Part shown: one piece after another, positions 1 to 11,929 of the stretch
How positions within the stretch are numbered: position 1 is the stretch's first letter
Layout: each line of letters begins with the position of its first letter
NCBI GenBank assembly: GCA_016748015.1
Contig: JAAOMT010000007.1
Location: 1-64,000, forward strand
Length of the DNA stretch: 64,000 nt
Source: Geosiphon pyriformis uo1
Taxonomy: Eukaryota > Fungi > Glomeromycota
Direction: 5' to 3'
The notes under the pieces: generated by a model
Told to the model about the DNA's origin: nothing
Seen by the model: the letters and a program-made list of their open reading frames with translations, nothing else
The model's database searches: none
Made by a program: the position numbers and the translations under genes

Positions 1-390
1 TTTTATTTTTATTAACAATATTATATTTAATATTAAAAATTAAAAAACTCTTATTAGTATTATTTAAGTTTGTATTTATATTATTAAACTAACCAATATT
101 TTATATAAGTAATTTAAATTCCAAATCTGTTTTATTACTTAAATACTTTATTTTGCTAATAAATATTTTTAGTTTCTGTATTAAATTATTATTAATAGAA
201 TTTAAAATAATATCTTTAATTAATTTTTTTTTGGTTATAAAACTATTAGTAGTAATTACTAAAGCAGTAATAAAAGAATTTTTAATTTGTAAAAGTAAAA
301 CAACAAAAAGAACAAAAATAAAACTTCTTTATTAAAATTAGCATTTTAAAAATTTTTGAATATATAAAAAAAAGTATTTTTTCTTTTTTT
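1..390 (-). mobile_element. Possible 5' end (ORF1 N-terminus) of a heavily decayed LINE-like element running off the window
   Basis: The minus frame at about 290-60 is nearly open (KKKLIKDIILNSINNNLIQKLKIFISKIKYLSNKTDLEFKL) and loosely resembles the N-terminal region of the neighbouring copy near 2830-2900. Very degenerate. Confidence 0.3.
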
Positions 391-459
391 TATAATAAAT
401 AAATAATAATATTAATAAATTTTTTATCAAGTTTTATAATATATATATATTTAAAAAAA

Positions 460-3060
460 ACTTTTTATATTTAATATATAAGTTAATTATAATTTAAGTT
501 ATTATATTAAACTAATTAATACAAATTAAATATAATTTATATTTTTTTATATGTAATTAGACATAAATTTAATTTAGACTAAATTATATTGAATTTATAA
601 ATAAAATTTATTCTAAACAGATATTTTATACATAATAATAATCAAAAAATTATTATTTATAACAATATTACTTAATTACTTAGCAGTTTATTTAAATTTT
701 AGTTAATTTTAAAAGATTAATACTTTTAAAAACCATTAAATAAGCATAAGTATTTTTATTTAACACATTATTAAATTTATTATTATTATTATTATTATTA
801 TCTATTGGATCTAAATTAATACAATATTTAATTTTGATTATAATTATTTTATAACTAATTTTGTTTAAAACTCTGCCAAAAACAGATACTTAATTTTAAA
901 TAGTATTAATTATACTTTTAAATTTAACATATAATGCAAAAAAAATATTTAATAAAGATATTATTAAAATTATTAAAAATCTAATTAAAACAACAATAAA
1001 CTTGATTAAATTAATCACACCAGAAATTTAAGATTTCAAAAAATTAAATCTAAACTTAATCTTAAAAACAATAACAAAAATAGCCAAAAAAACAACAAAA
1101 AAAATGCCAAAAAGACGAAAATTTTAGTATAAAACTTTTCATCAATAAAAAATAACACAAAAAACTTAAAGTTAACAATAAATTTAACAGATAATTTAAG
1201 AAAAAATAATAATAATATCTTGTAATAATATTTTATAATCTAAAAATAAATAATTTAAATTCTAATATTTATAATAATAATATTCAAAAGTTTTTTATTA
1301 GATATAATATTTATATAAAATACTAGTTTTTATAATAACTATATTTAAAAACTTATAAGAATTAAATATTATAATAACAAAACATTAACAATAATAAAAA
1401 TTAGAGAAATAAAAATATAATAAGTATAATTATCAATTTGTAAAATTAAATTATTAATTTTAAAAATAGAATAATCAAAAAAAATCAAATAGCTTGATAT
1501 TAAAAGTAGTTTTTTAAGTAATACTTTTTTTTTAATTAAATAAAAAAAATTTTAATATTGTTTTTTTATTAATACATATTAGTAAGTAAAAACAATAATA
1601 GCAGAAAAAAAGTTTTTAAATAAATAATAATATATTATTACAAACCAAAAAGCTTAAATTTAATCAAAATAATAATATTAAAAATACTAAAAATATTTTT
1701 AATGTTATTAAAAAATATGTTTAAAAAGATATTACAAAATACAATAAAAATAAAAATACTATAAAAAATTTTACAATTTTAAAAGTAGACAAAAAAACAA
1801 AATTAATAACAAAAATTTTAAAAATTGTATTTAAAAAAATTTGTAAAACAAACATTACACAAAACAGTTTTATATTGTTTTTAAACACAAATTTAGTCTT
1901 AATAAATTATATATAGACTAAAAAACTGTTTTAATAATTAATTTGCTTTTTAAAAAAATATTAAGTACTAAATATCAGAATAATAACTATCTATTTAGTA
2001 AATTTTTAATAATTATTAAATATTTTTTAAACATTATTAAAGACAATACCAAAAAACAAAAAAAAACAAAAAATTTTGGCTTTTATTTAATTAGCCTAAT
2101 TTTTAAGATTAAGTAACTTGAAAAATTGATCAAATAAAAATATATTTAAAGATATATTATATTTTAATGTTAAAATTAATAAAAATTGACAAAAAATTAG
2201 AATATTAACTAAAAAACCAAAAAAGACAAAAAAGTTAAAACTTTATTTTTTACAAAAAAAAACAGACTTTAAACACTAAAAATATTAAAAACTATAGAAA
2301 AAAAACTTTTTAATATTTTTAAAAAATTTTTGTTAGAAATAATAAAGATATAAAAAATTGTTTTTTGGCTATTTTGATTTTTTTGAATTTTTAAACAATA
2401 ATAAAAAAAATAGAAGAAAAAAATTATTATGTATTAGTTTTTTATTAAAAACTTTAAAACTCTTAAAAAAAACAAAAATTATATCAAAACTACTTTAAAA
2501 AAAACAAACTTCTAACTAAAAACAAAAATAATACTTTCAAAACAGCAAAAAACTGTTTAATTACAACTTTATTTAAGAAATTATTTTTATAAAATATTAA
2601 CAAACAGTTTTTATAACTATTAAAGCTTTACTAATAAAAAAAATTTTAATTATTTTAAGTAATAAAAAAGATAAAAATAGTACAATTTTTTTATTTTTTG
2701 TTTTAGTATTATATTATATATATTAAATAATAAAAAATTATTAAACTTTTAAAATTATGTTTAATTTTAAGTATTTTAAATTTTATTTTAACTTATATTA
2801 TTGTTTATAATTTGTTTTTTAAAAATTATATTTTATTATTAATTTTAAAAAATCTTTGTTATTTTTAAAAATATTTAATATTATTAAAATATTAAGTAAA
2901 ACTTTAAATAATTAATAATATATATACTATTAAAATATAAATTTATTGTTTTAAAAATATAAATATTTAAATAAATAATAAATTTGCTTTTTAAAATCTG
3001 TTTTTTATATTTATAATAATAAAAATTTTTAATATTAGTATATATATTTAAATAATAAAA
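460..3060 (-). mobile_element. Heavily decayed ORF1-only LINE derivative ('half-LINE'), copy 1, about 2.6 kb
   Basis: 470-700 aligns with the 3' end at 3080-3300 (aaatataatttatatttttttatatgtaattag vs aaatataatttacatgctttctacatataaccag; ttacttagcagttt vs ttacttagctgttt). Minus translation at 1330-1230 gives KTSILYKYYI**KTFEYYYYKY*NLNYLFLDYK, a decayed version of the knuckle region of copy 2. About 1600-1540 gives Y*YVLIKK, matching WFILIGK of the LINE ORF1. The 5' boundary is approximate. Confidence 0.55.
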
Positions 3061-3067
3061 CACACAA

Positions 3068-3903
3068 ATTTTTTTTTGAAGTTTAATAAATATAGTTTAA
3101 CTACTATTTAATACAATATAACTATACAAAGTTCTAAGTTAAATATAATTTACATGCTTTCTACATATAACCAGTTATTTAAGCCAGTTTAGACTATACT
3201 ACATTGTTATAACAGAAGTAAACTTACTCAAAGCTGACATATTAAATAACTAAACACTACAAAAGACTAATCCAACCAGTTACTTAGCTGTTTTTAAGAG
3301 ATCAATCTTAATACTATTAGATTTATGTGTTCAAAAGGGCATTAAACTAGAAAATAAATTATCATTAACACCAATTGGAAGATCTGAGTTATAAAATATG
3401 TTTATATTCTTTATATAATACTCTTTTTTTAATAAAACCACTTTTTTTCCCAACTTATCAACAATTTTGTTAAAAAAATTCAGATAAATCATAAATTTAT
3501 TAATTCTAAGGCTAAAAACACTGCTTAAAACCAAATTACTCTTATCAAACTGTTTAAAAGTAGTAATTTGGGAGCCAATAAGCTTAACAATAGACTTAAC
3601 CAAAACAAAAAACTTAGTCAAATTAGATTTTAAAAAAAACAACCAATATAGCACTAAAAAATTACAAACAACAATTAAAAAAAGAGCAAAAAGTAACAAA
3701 AGTAGGAACTCAGAAAAACTCAAAAGAGCAGAAGTCTTAATATAAGACTTAGAACCAATAAAGCATAATATAAACATCTTGAAAGTCTTAAAAGAAGGAA
3801 GTAGATATACCTTATAATCTACAGTCAAATGGCCTACTTCTTAACACCTAAAACAATATTAACAGCTAGAAGTTTCTCACCAGATACAGCATTTTTTCAG
3901 CAT
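3068..3903 (-). mobile_element. ORF1-only LINE derivative, copy 2: ORF1 C-terminus, LINE-type 3' UTR and poly(A); cut at 3904 by LTR element A1
   Basis: The minus frame reads CCIW*ETSSC*YCFRC*EVGHLTVDYK (CX2CX4HX4C knuckle, last C>Y), continues through ORF 3331-3828 and ends at TAG near 3200. About 130 nt follow that align with the LINE 3' UTR at 53577-53700, then an A-run (T-run at 3068-3077 on +). Confidence 0.75.
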
Positions 3904-4727
3904 TGTTATTCATAAAAAATAGGAATTATAATAGTAAACTAGAATAGCCAATTAGAAATAGACATAGTAAATAAAAATTTTTAGGATTTTTTTCGAAAAA
4001 TTGAAAGATTTCAATAAATTTTATATAACATAAATTATGTATATATAGTAAAAATGTTAAAAGCAAAAACAATACAAAATTCAGTTTAAAATTAAAATTA
4101 GCAATAACTAATTATTTTAATATTTCTCTTTTTAAAAAATAAAATACTATAATTTAAAATAAAATCATCAAATATTAATAAAATATTTATTATTATTTAA
4201 TTCATATTATTATTATATAATTAAAAATATTAATCAATTTTCTTACTGTTAACATGAAATATTAATAATTATTAATATTTAACTATACTGAACTAATAGC
4301 TCTTAATTACAGCTATTAACAGAATACTAATTTCTCATTTTTTTTATTTTATTTTATTTTCTGTTATTTTTGTTTTGTTTTTTGTTTACTAAATTGATTA
4401 AAAAAATTAAGTACTGAATACATTAATATTAAAGATAGTCTGATAAAAAACCCAGAAATAAGAGTATAGAACTTAAAAATTGGGGATAACTTATTAAAAA
4501 AGCACAACTGCCAAAATAAACTAATTACTATACTAAAAAAAAAATTGACAGAATATACATTCCAAAAAACTACTAAACAATACTTAAATCTCTATTTATT
4601 ATACAAAGAACTCAATAAAAACTTTCAGATCATAAAAATTTTCAGACACAACCTTATCAATCTGCAATTAAGTACCAAGTTATAAATTTGTTATTTGTTC
4701 TTACATCCCAAATAATCATCTGTAACA
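3904..4727 (+). repeat. 5' LTR of A1 (TGTTA...TAACA)
   Basis: Starts tgttattcataaaa and ends aataatcatctgtaaca. Homologous to 27875-28791 and 49185-50046. Confidence 0.88.
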
Positions 4728-4729
4728 TT

Positions 4730-4745
4730 TGGTGCTTCCTATAAA
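4730..4745 (+). promoter_or_regulatory. Primer-binding site of A1 (TGGTGCTTCCT...)
   Basis: Begins with TGG 2 nt after the LTR end; same motif as 40838. Confidence 0.75.
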
Positions 4746-5397
4746 ATATAATCTAATAAAGAACTAGTACCAATAGCAAACATATAAAACAGTGGCAGAA
4801 TTAGAAGTAATAGGAACCAATTACTTAAAATTTGCAAAAACATTATTCCAATATTATTACATCTATTTTGGATTTCAAGTAATAATTGGCCAACAGAATC
4901 AGCTTTTAATTGTTATGTTAATAAAAGAATTATATACTATCTAGAAGGTCAAAGAAATCTAAAATCTGCTTTTAACAATTTATATAGTAAATTACTCTAA
5001 AGCATTACACTTCTATAAAACTATCTATTTATACTAATAATTACAAAAATAAACAAGAAAATTGAAAAATATACCAAACAAAAATTTTCTATTACTTTTG
5101 TTGACAAAGAAAAAAGTAAATTACAAACAGCAGCAACACCAAAGCAGATACAAACTCTTACCTAAAAGAAACCAAGAGTCAATTTATCTATCTATTTATT
5201 ATACTATTACATATCTGAAAGTACTATTAACATAACATCAGCAGATGCATCCACATTAAATGTAAAAACACTATTAGCCAGAATTCCATTTTAAAGTAAA
5301 CAGAAGAAAACTAAACTATTAAGAACATATAACAATTATTTTAAAAGATTTAAATTACAATTAACAACACCATTAGAATTTCAATTACTATTACTAC

Positions 5398-6253
5398 TGT
5401 TACCAATAGAATTTTAGCTATTAATTAGCATGAAATTATCCTCATAATTTCTATTATTAAATTAGCATATATTATTATTATTTCAATTATCACTTATTAT
5501 TTAATCAAATTATTAAATATTATTATTCAATTAATAACCCGATTTATATCATAGAAATTAAGATGATCAAATTACACAATACTCTAAACTATTTAATATA
5601 GTCAAAATTCGCCAAAATTAATGAAAATTGGCCGAAATAATCAATAGTTTATAGAAATAGCTTGTAGTTTACTGAAATGAATCTTTTCATAGTATTTTAT
5701 TATAGTATTTTACTTTAGATATTTTAATTAAAACAAATTACTTTTTACACATCTTAAATAAAAATTAAATATTCAAAAACAAATCCTTTGAATATTACAC
5801 TTGAAATTTTCTTAACACAACTAACATCTTGAAATTGATTAGCTACCAATTTCAGTAATCTGTTAGTGACACTAGGCTTAAATAGAAAACGTTTTCCCTT
5901 GACAAAATTCTATTTTTTTTACTTTTCTTTTATTTTTTTTTTTTCTTATCATAATTATTAAGGTAGCCTACAAATGAAATTTCTATAGAAGAGTTGACTT
6001 TCACAACAAAGTAATTACACATTTTAGTGAGCTTCCAGATGAGCAATTACTAAAAAAAAGTTGATGTTTATTACAATGTAATTACACAAAATAACTGGCA
6101 TGGAATTATTCATTCCATTTATAATCTTAGCAGTTCAAATTATAGAAGATAAATTCAGTTATTAAAGATTCAACTGCTTTTAGAAAACGTAAAATTAACA
6201 ACAGACAAACATTAATAACATTCAAGAAAAGAGACCAAAAACCTCTGGTAATA
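5398..6253 (+). repeat. Solo LTR related to family D, inserted in the A1 Gag N-terminal region
   Basis: Termini tgttacc...ggtaata with 4-bp TSD CTAC/CCAC. Its reverse complement aligns with the LTRs at 34199-35100 and 57443-58257. The A1 flanks rejoin to match A2 near 41490-41520. Confidence 0.82.
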
Positions 6254-6539
6254 CCACCACCAGATTTTGGAGTTGTTAATCTTTAGAAAATAACTAACTT
6301 TGAAAAACAGAAAGACAATAATTAGAAAAATAATAATCAAAACTCAATTCTAAAAAACCCAGAAATCCAAACTCTAATTGTTCAGGCTTAGCAAAACCTG
6401 AACAATTTAAATTTTACTCTTATTAATTAGCAAAACTTATTTCTAGTAATTATAATTAATCCAATACTAATTGAACCAATTATTGTACAACAACAACAGC
6501 CACCACCACAACTTTAATAACAACCAATTGTAATACCAA

Positions 6540-9500
6540 TAGCACATATACCTATTACTAAATTAGAAAAATTTACAGGCAAGGAAGACAATGCTCAAGT
6601 TTAGTTAAACAATATTACTAAAGTCATTACAGCCAATAATTGGAATAATGTCAAAGCTTTTTAAACAATCTTATATTTCTTATAGAATACTGTCAATTCT
6701 TGGTATTAAAGCTTAATCCAAAAATCTTAAACTTTTAATGCCTTTAAAACTGAAGTTTTTGAGATATTTTAGTAATAATAACAGCATTAATTACTTGGCA
6801 ACTGTCTTTACTACTATTAAACAAAAAGATACTAAAACCATCACTACTTATTTAAGATGCTTTCACAGAAACCTGCACCAAATCCAAGTCATTAACACTA
6901 ATTATTTTATAGTACTACAAATTTTAAATCAATTTATTTATAATTTGTGCAGTAGTCTTCTATAATATGTATACTTATTACACCTGAATATTTTTCAGAA
7001 TACAGTTATCTATGCCAGAAATTTTGAATTGGCTAAATTAAAAACCAACCATGTCTATGTTATTAATTTAATAATGAAAAAATTATCCAATTTAAATTCA
7101 AAATTAAAATAATTTAATAATTCTATTAATCAAAAATTAGAAAGATGCTCAGCTAACAATTAGACATCTATTAGTCTTCACACTAATATAACAATCAAGA
7201 AAACTCTAATTATTTCTAATATCAATCACGTTTATTATTATTATCAGCAAATCAACTATGGCAACAAAAAACACATATCTGCTACAATTATGGTAAATAA
7301 AAACATTTAAAAATAAACTGCCAATTGAGATTAAATAACCAATAATTAAAAAATCAAAATCAAAACTCTGATTATTGGTTCTAAATTCCAAATTATCACC
7401 CAAATCAAGATTAATACCAGTTTTATTACATTTAACAAATGTAGCAACCAATATACACACCTTCAATTTATTAAACTTCAATACCAATAATATATCAACC
7501 ACAGCCACAAATTATCTATTAATTACAACAACTTCAAACACTACCACAAAACTTAGCTCAAATATCATCCAAAAATTAGAAACTGAGAATAATAGACATT
7601 CAGCAAAATTGAAGATCAGTAATAGTTATATATCAACTAATTTCCAACTTATTCAGTCAGCTATCAAAATCATACCAACAGAGTCCAGGAATGGGGTACA
7701 TTCAAAACCTGAATTTCCAGAACTATTTAAGTTTCTTAGTAACTCCAAAAGTCATTACACTCAACTCATTAGAAACCAACCAAAAATAACCACTTATTAG
7801 CAATATTTTATTAGCAACTATTACAAAAAATAAGTTACTTATAGTCATATTCTCTTTTGAATTAAAAAAATTAACAATAACACATTTTTTCATTGAAATT
7901 ACTCTTAATACCAAATTAATTACTACTATAATACTAACACTAAAATTGATGGTCATTCTATCAAACTAATTTTTAATAGTAAATTAGCAAACAGCATTAT
8001 TACACAACAATTCATAAACCAATTAGGTCACTGAGTTGATCAAGCTGCCAGCACCAGAATTATTATTATTGATAGAATAATAAAAACTTTAATTGATAAA
8101 ATCAATAACTTTTTTTTTGAAATCAATGACATTAGTGCACCAATCAAAATTTTTATTATAAAAGTCATGCAATACTAAGCTCTTATTGATAATAACTGGC
8201 TGTTCAAAACCAATGCCATACTTAACTGAAATACTCAAAAGCGCCAGATATTTAATAGTTAGCATATTTAAGTGTTTACCACTTGTAGATACTTTAAAAA
8301 TTTTTCAAGAGAGCAATCATTGATTGAGTTAGAAAAAAAGCAAAAAAAAATTACCTAAAAAGCTTACCAAGTCTTATGGGCCAAAGAAAACCACAATAAA
8401 CTATTACCAATTCTATTTTAGAACAACAAAGAAAAGAGAAATGAGAAAAACAAACTACAAGCTATCATTAACACTAATAAAACAACTAACAGTTAGCATA
8501 TACTATATTTAGTAGACACAAGAAAGAAACTATTTTATATTTTTTTTAAATACATTAACTGCAAGAAAAAACTTTCATTTATGAGAGATTAAATAGTATC
8601 AGATAAAAACTATTAAACATATACCTATTATTATTGCAAACTGTGCTACTGAGAATGTTTTGGTTATTTAAAATAACAAAAAAAATGTGACAACAAATCA
8701 TGTCTTATTTGTATAGAAACTTTACTTAATAAAGAAATGTAGAATGACATTTCTGAATCAGAAAAAACATGTGATACATCATACCAATACACAATTTTTA
8801 TTAGTAACTGGGTGAATAGTAGAATGTTTTTTAATGCCACATAAAATTAAATACTTATATGTTTAGATGGTTATCTACACAATAAAAATGAGATTTGAAG
8901 AATAACAAATGTTAAAGTTAAAGACATATTATCCAATGAAATACTTGCCATTAAAACAAACTCATTAAAACTAGTTAAGACCATTTTTATTTCCAACTTG
9001 AATACATTTTTTAACATTCTGAGTGATTCAAAACAATTTCATAAACATTATTAAAATTTAGTGCCAACTAAAAAAAAGCAAGAGCAGTGTTTAGAACAGT
9101 TAAATATAAAACTTTGTAAACATTGCCTAATTTTTAGTGACTTTGAATATTGTAAGGATTGTAATATTGTTTACAATTTATTATTATGCATAATTTATTT
9201 AATCTCTAAAGAAGAAAAACCAATTAACAGTTGTATATTAAAATCAGAATTGAAATTCAATTGTAACTTAAAATTTAATAATAATAACAATCATAATTCC
9301 AGTACTGTCAATAATGACAACAATAATAACAATAATTTAAACTCTAATAAAAACTTCAAACAATATATAACACTCTCAGATCTTTCAAAGAAGCAGAAAC
9401 TAAAATAGTTTAGCAAAATAACAAAAGTATTATGCCAAAATGCGCATATGATATTAATACAAAGTTTGATCTGAGATATTCAAAAAAATATGTCATCAAA

Positions 9501-10504
9501 CTGAAACTCCAGTATTGATTTGAAGATAGTATTAAAAATTCTAGCAACAACAATAGTTCAATTAGTGTCTAGATCTAATCTAGCAAAAAAAAAGATTAAT
9601 ATAAAAAGAAGAATAATTGATACAAAATAGGAAATATTATTACAATACTAAAAAATGATTCAAAAAAAGAATATATTATTAAACCAAATAAAAAAATAGC
9701 ACAGACAATATTTCTGCCTCTGGTTAAAATAACTCAGTTAGTATTAGTGAGAAAAATAAAAGAGTAAGGAATTATGGCAAGAGAAATAAGTGAATTCAAA
9801 TTCATATATAGAATAAATATATTAGTTAATATGACAAAAAAAAAGACTATTAATAAAAAAAAAATTATCTCTACTTATTAATCAATTTTTATTTTATCAT
9901 ATAACTATTACATATTAGTTATATAAAAGAAAGTAAAGAATCAGCCACAAATTTTTGAAGTTGAAGCAACTATTTGTAAATTAAAACAAATTGAAATTAC
10001 TAATCTTTACATACTAAAAGAAATCACTATTGGATACTTAAGCACTAAAGTTAAAGATCAACTACCAAACACCATTTCAGATTTTTTACAACTGTGTAAA
10101 TATGTAGATATTACATTACAATTAATATACAAACAAAAAGAATATTATTTGTTTTAACCAGAACAATTAGAACAAATGAATTTAGAAAACTTAGATCTAT
10201 TTCAACATATACAACTTAAAATACTATTCAACAATTTCACTAATATTTTTATTAGTGAAAATAAATTTTGCAGAACTAATATTATCCAACACCAAATTAA
10301 AACAAAAGATATAATACTAATAAAACAAAGAATATACAGAGTACTATCAGTTAACTATAAGATTATCTAACAAGAAATCAATTAAATATTAGATAAAAGG
10401 TTAATTTAACTATTAATAAGTTTATAGTTATTACCAATAATATTGGTTCAGAAGAAAAATGAGAAAATCTGCTTTTGTGTAAATTATAAAAAGCTCAACA
10501 ATAT
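6540..10504 (+). pseudogene. gag-pol: A1 gag capsid, protease (~7930-8290), Cys-rich region, dUTPase (~9430-9810) and RT N-terminus; many stops and frameshifts
   Basis: KLEKFTGKEDNAQV*LN, LKFLRYFSNNNSIN, IKLIFNSKLANSII, LCKHCLIFSDFEYCKDC and ICFCVNYKKLN are all colinear with A2. Confidence 0.82.
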
Positions 10505-11198
10505 TGTTATAAGTTAAAATAACAAGCTAACAGATAGCAAAGAAGAACAAGATTATAGAGTACTAAAAAGAATCAAAAAAAATTCAACTTCAAAAAGCAA
10601 ATTAAATAAGTATGGATTCAATGTGTGAGATTAATATTATAAAATATCTCAGTTGCTATACTTTTCAAAAGATAACCAAGAAATTTGAAGGTAGAAAGAT
10701 AGTCTATACTGTTAACAAATAATTACACACTGGTATAATTCTATGCCTTATATTGGCATTCTTAGAATTCAATATTAGATATTAAATGTATTTTTTAGTC
10801 ATGTTTTATTCAATAATTTTCAAATGCTACAATTATATGTTTCAAAAAAAAAGTAGTAATAACTAACAAGTAATCTTTTATCCTAAAATGTTTAGATACT
10901 TAAAGATAGAGAAAGAGAAATTAGTGATAAAGAATTGAAAGTTGTTATTTTATTTATTTGATTTTCTTGATTTTTGACATCTCATTTTAGAGCTAAAAGA
11001 TTTATTGCTTATCTAGTTATCAAAAGTAATCAATAATCAGGTTAATAATTAAGTTAATAATTAGGTCAATAATCAAGTCAATAATTAGGTTAATGATCAA
11101 ATCATTGATTACTATCTAAAAATAGATTGGTTAATTATATGACATTAATGACTAATTCATGTGATAATTAATAAAAAGTATAAGTTTCAATCATAATA
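10505..11198 (-). repeat. 3' LTR of B1 (12-bp tandem array at 11031-11110)
   Basis: Direct repeat of 17583-18310, 21703-22446 and 29509-30190. Confidence 0.9.
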
Positions 11199-11199
11199 T

Positions 11200-11822
11200 C
11201 ATCTTTTTAAAAAGATTGAGCTCCAGTGAAATCAAGCTATTTATAGAATAATCTAATTAAAAAGTTTTGTCTAATTTAAAGCTAACTAGTTTGTTAAAGT
11301 TTTTTATAGATAAGATATATAATTTTTGAGGCAAAATAAGTTTTTTATCCAAGAAACTAAATCTTTGTATAAAAGTTTTGGCTCTTTTAGCAATAGTTAA
11401 AACTCTTAGAACATCTAATCATATAATGTCCAAAATTTCTGCCTGTATTTCTGAAGTTGTTTTTTTATTAGTTTTATGTTTTCTATGATTTTATCAAGGT
11501 AATCATAAAGTTCTAATTGCCTTTTATATAACAAATTTTTGTCTATAGGCAAGATTTCTTGGAATATTTTTTCAATTGTATTAGAAAATAGGAGTATAAC
11601 TGCTGTTATACTTTTTAACAGATATTTATCTATTTTACTACCAATTTTTTTTCTTCTGGTAGTGGTTTTCTTGGATTTAATAACAGTATGTGTTCTACTG
11701 TTATCAGTTATAGTGGTTTGTTTTTCAATAATCAGAGTAGTATTTGGATAGTTTTTGATTCAATACTCATGGAGAGTATAAAAGACATTGTGAATGTTTT
11801 AATCCAGAAAATAATTATTCAT
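11200..11822 (-). pseudogene. B1 extra sense ORF downstream of integrase (ORF3, about 200 aa, unknown function)
   Basis: MNNYFLD*NIHNVFYTLHEY*IKNYPNTTLIIEKQTTI...KSKKTTTRRKK...QLELYDYLDKII...AKRAK; conserved in B2 (track ORF 22666-22881). Confidence 0.6.
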
Positions 11823-11929
11823 GTCAATTAAAAATACCTCTGTTTTGAGAATGGTCTATTTATTTATACTTGATTTTTGCTAATCATTTGAGTTAGTATT
11901 ACCACAACAGACAACCAATTAGGTCGTTT

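Noticed and set aside
9260-9350. AAT/AAC-rich stretch as an independent microsatellite
   Set aside because: It is the Ser/Asp/Asn linker of A1 Pol pushed toward Asn codons by G>A mutation (compare 44660-44760).
11031-11110. Short periodic repeats as a CRISPR array
   Set aside because: The 12-bp units are contiguous with no spacers, lie inside LTRs, and have no cas genes nearby.
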